Source: Takakia lepidozioides (lineage: Eukaryota; Plantae; Bryophyta). Taken from it: DNA of 64,000 nt. The position numbers and the translations under genes were made by a program. Numbering within the stretch: the stretch's first letter is position 1; the number at the start of each line of letters is the position of its first letter. Shown here one piece after another: positions 63,781-64,000 of the stretch. Location: the NCBI GenBank assembly GCA_030704615.1, contig CM060733.1, positions 19,654,001 through 19,718,000 of the forward strand, in the 5' to 3' direction. The notes below the pieces were generated by a model, which was not told the DNA's origin, did not search any database, and worked only from the letters and a program-made list of their open reading frames with translations.

Positions 63781-64000
63781 AAGCCTTTTATACTGGTGGA
63801 ATGTAGGTAGGGTGGTAGGTACTATTTGATAGGTTTGTATTGTGGGTGAATGTAGGATTGACTGGACCTAAATGGACGTTACCGACACAGTTTTAGATGA
63901 CTGCAATTGATGGTGTCATCAATTGAATTTGAATTAACTCATTAAAACCAGCAAATATATATGTCATTGGATTCTTAGCTTCAATACGCACCCATAACAA

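Overview
Eukaryotic nuclear DNA from a non-seed land plant, probably a bryophyte. This assignment is inferred from the GT-AG introns, the very regular PLS-DYW PPR gene and the moss/liverwort-like transposons. Host genes, left to right: the 5' half of PDK1 (-); an intact 23-repeat PLS-E-DYW PPR editing factor (+) whose upstream exons encode OSB-type 'PDF' ssDNA-binding motif halves; a decayed paralogue of that PDF-PPR gene; a DEAD-box helicase fragment; cycloeucalenol cycloisomerase CPI1 (+); an ankyrin-TPR gene (+); an intronless CYP94-like P450 (+); and a divergent euAP2-type transcription factor (+). Transposon content: two large decayed LINEs, a truncated MULE/SWIM transposase, tRNA-derived SINE-like elements, intronic LINE remnants, an AT-rich ~0.7 kb tandem repeat, and a decayed Ty3/Gypsy element. 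The two best leads are (1) that Gypsy element, which carries a DNMT3-like C5-cytosine methyltransferase behind its protease and a PHD finger on its integrase, and (2) the PDF-motif + PPR-DYW deaminase gene family. Exon boundaries were read by hand from splice sites and remembered family consensus sequences; no database search was run.
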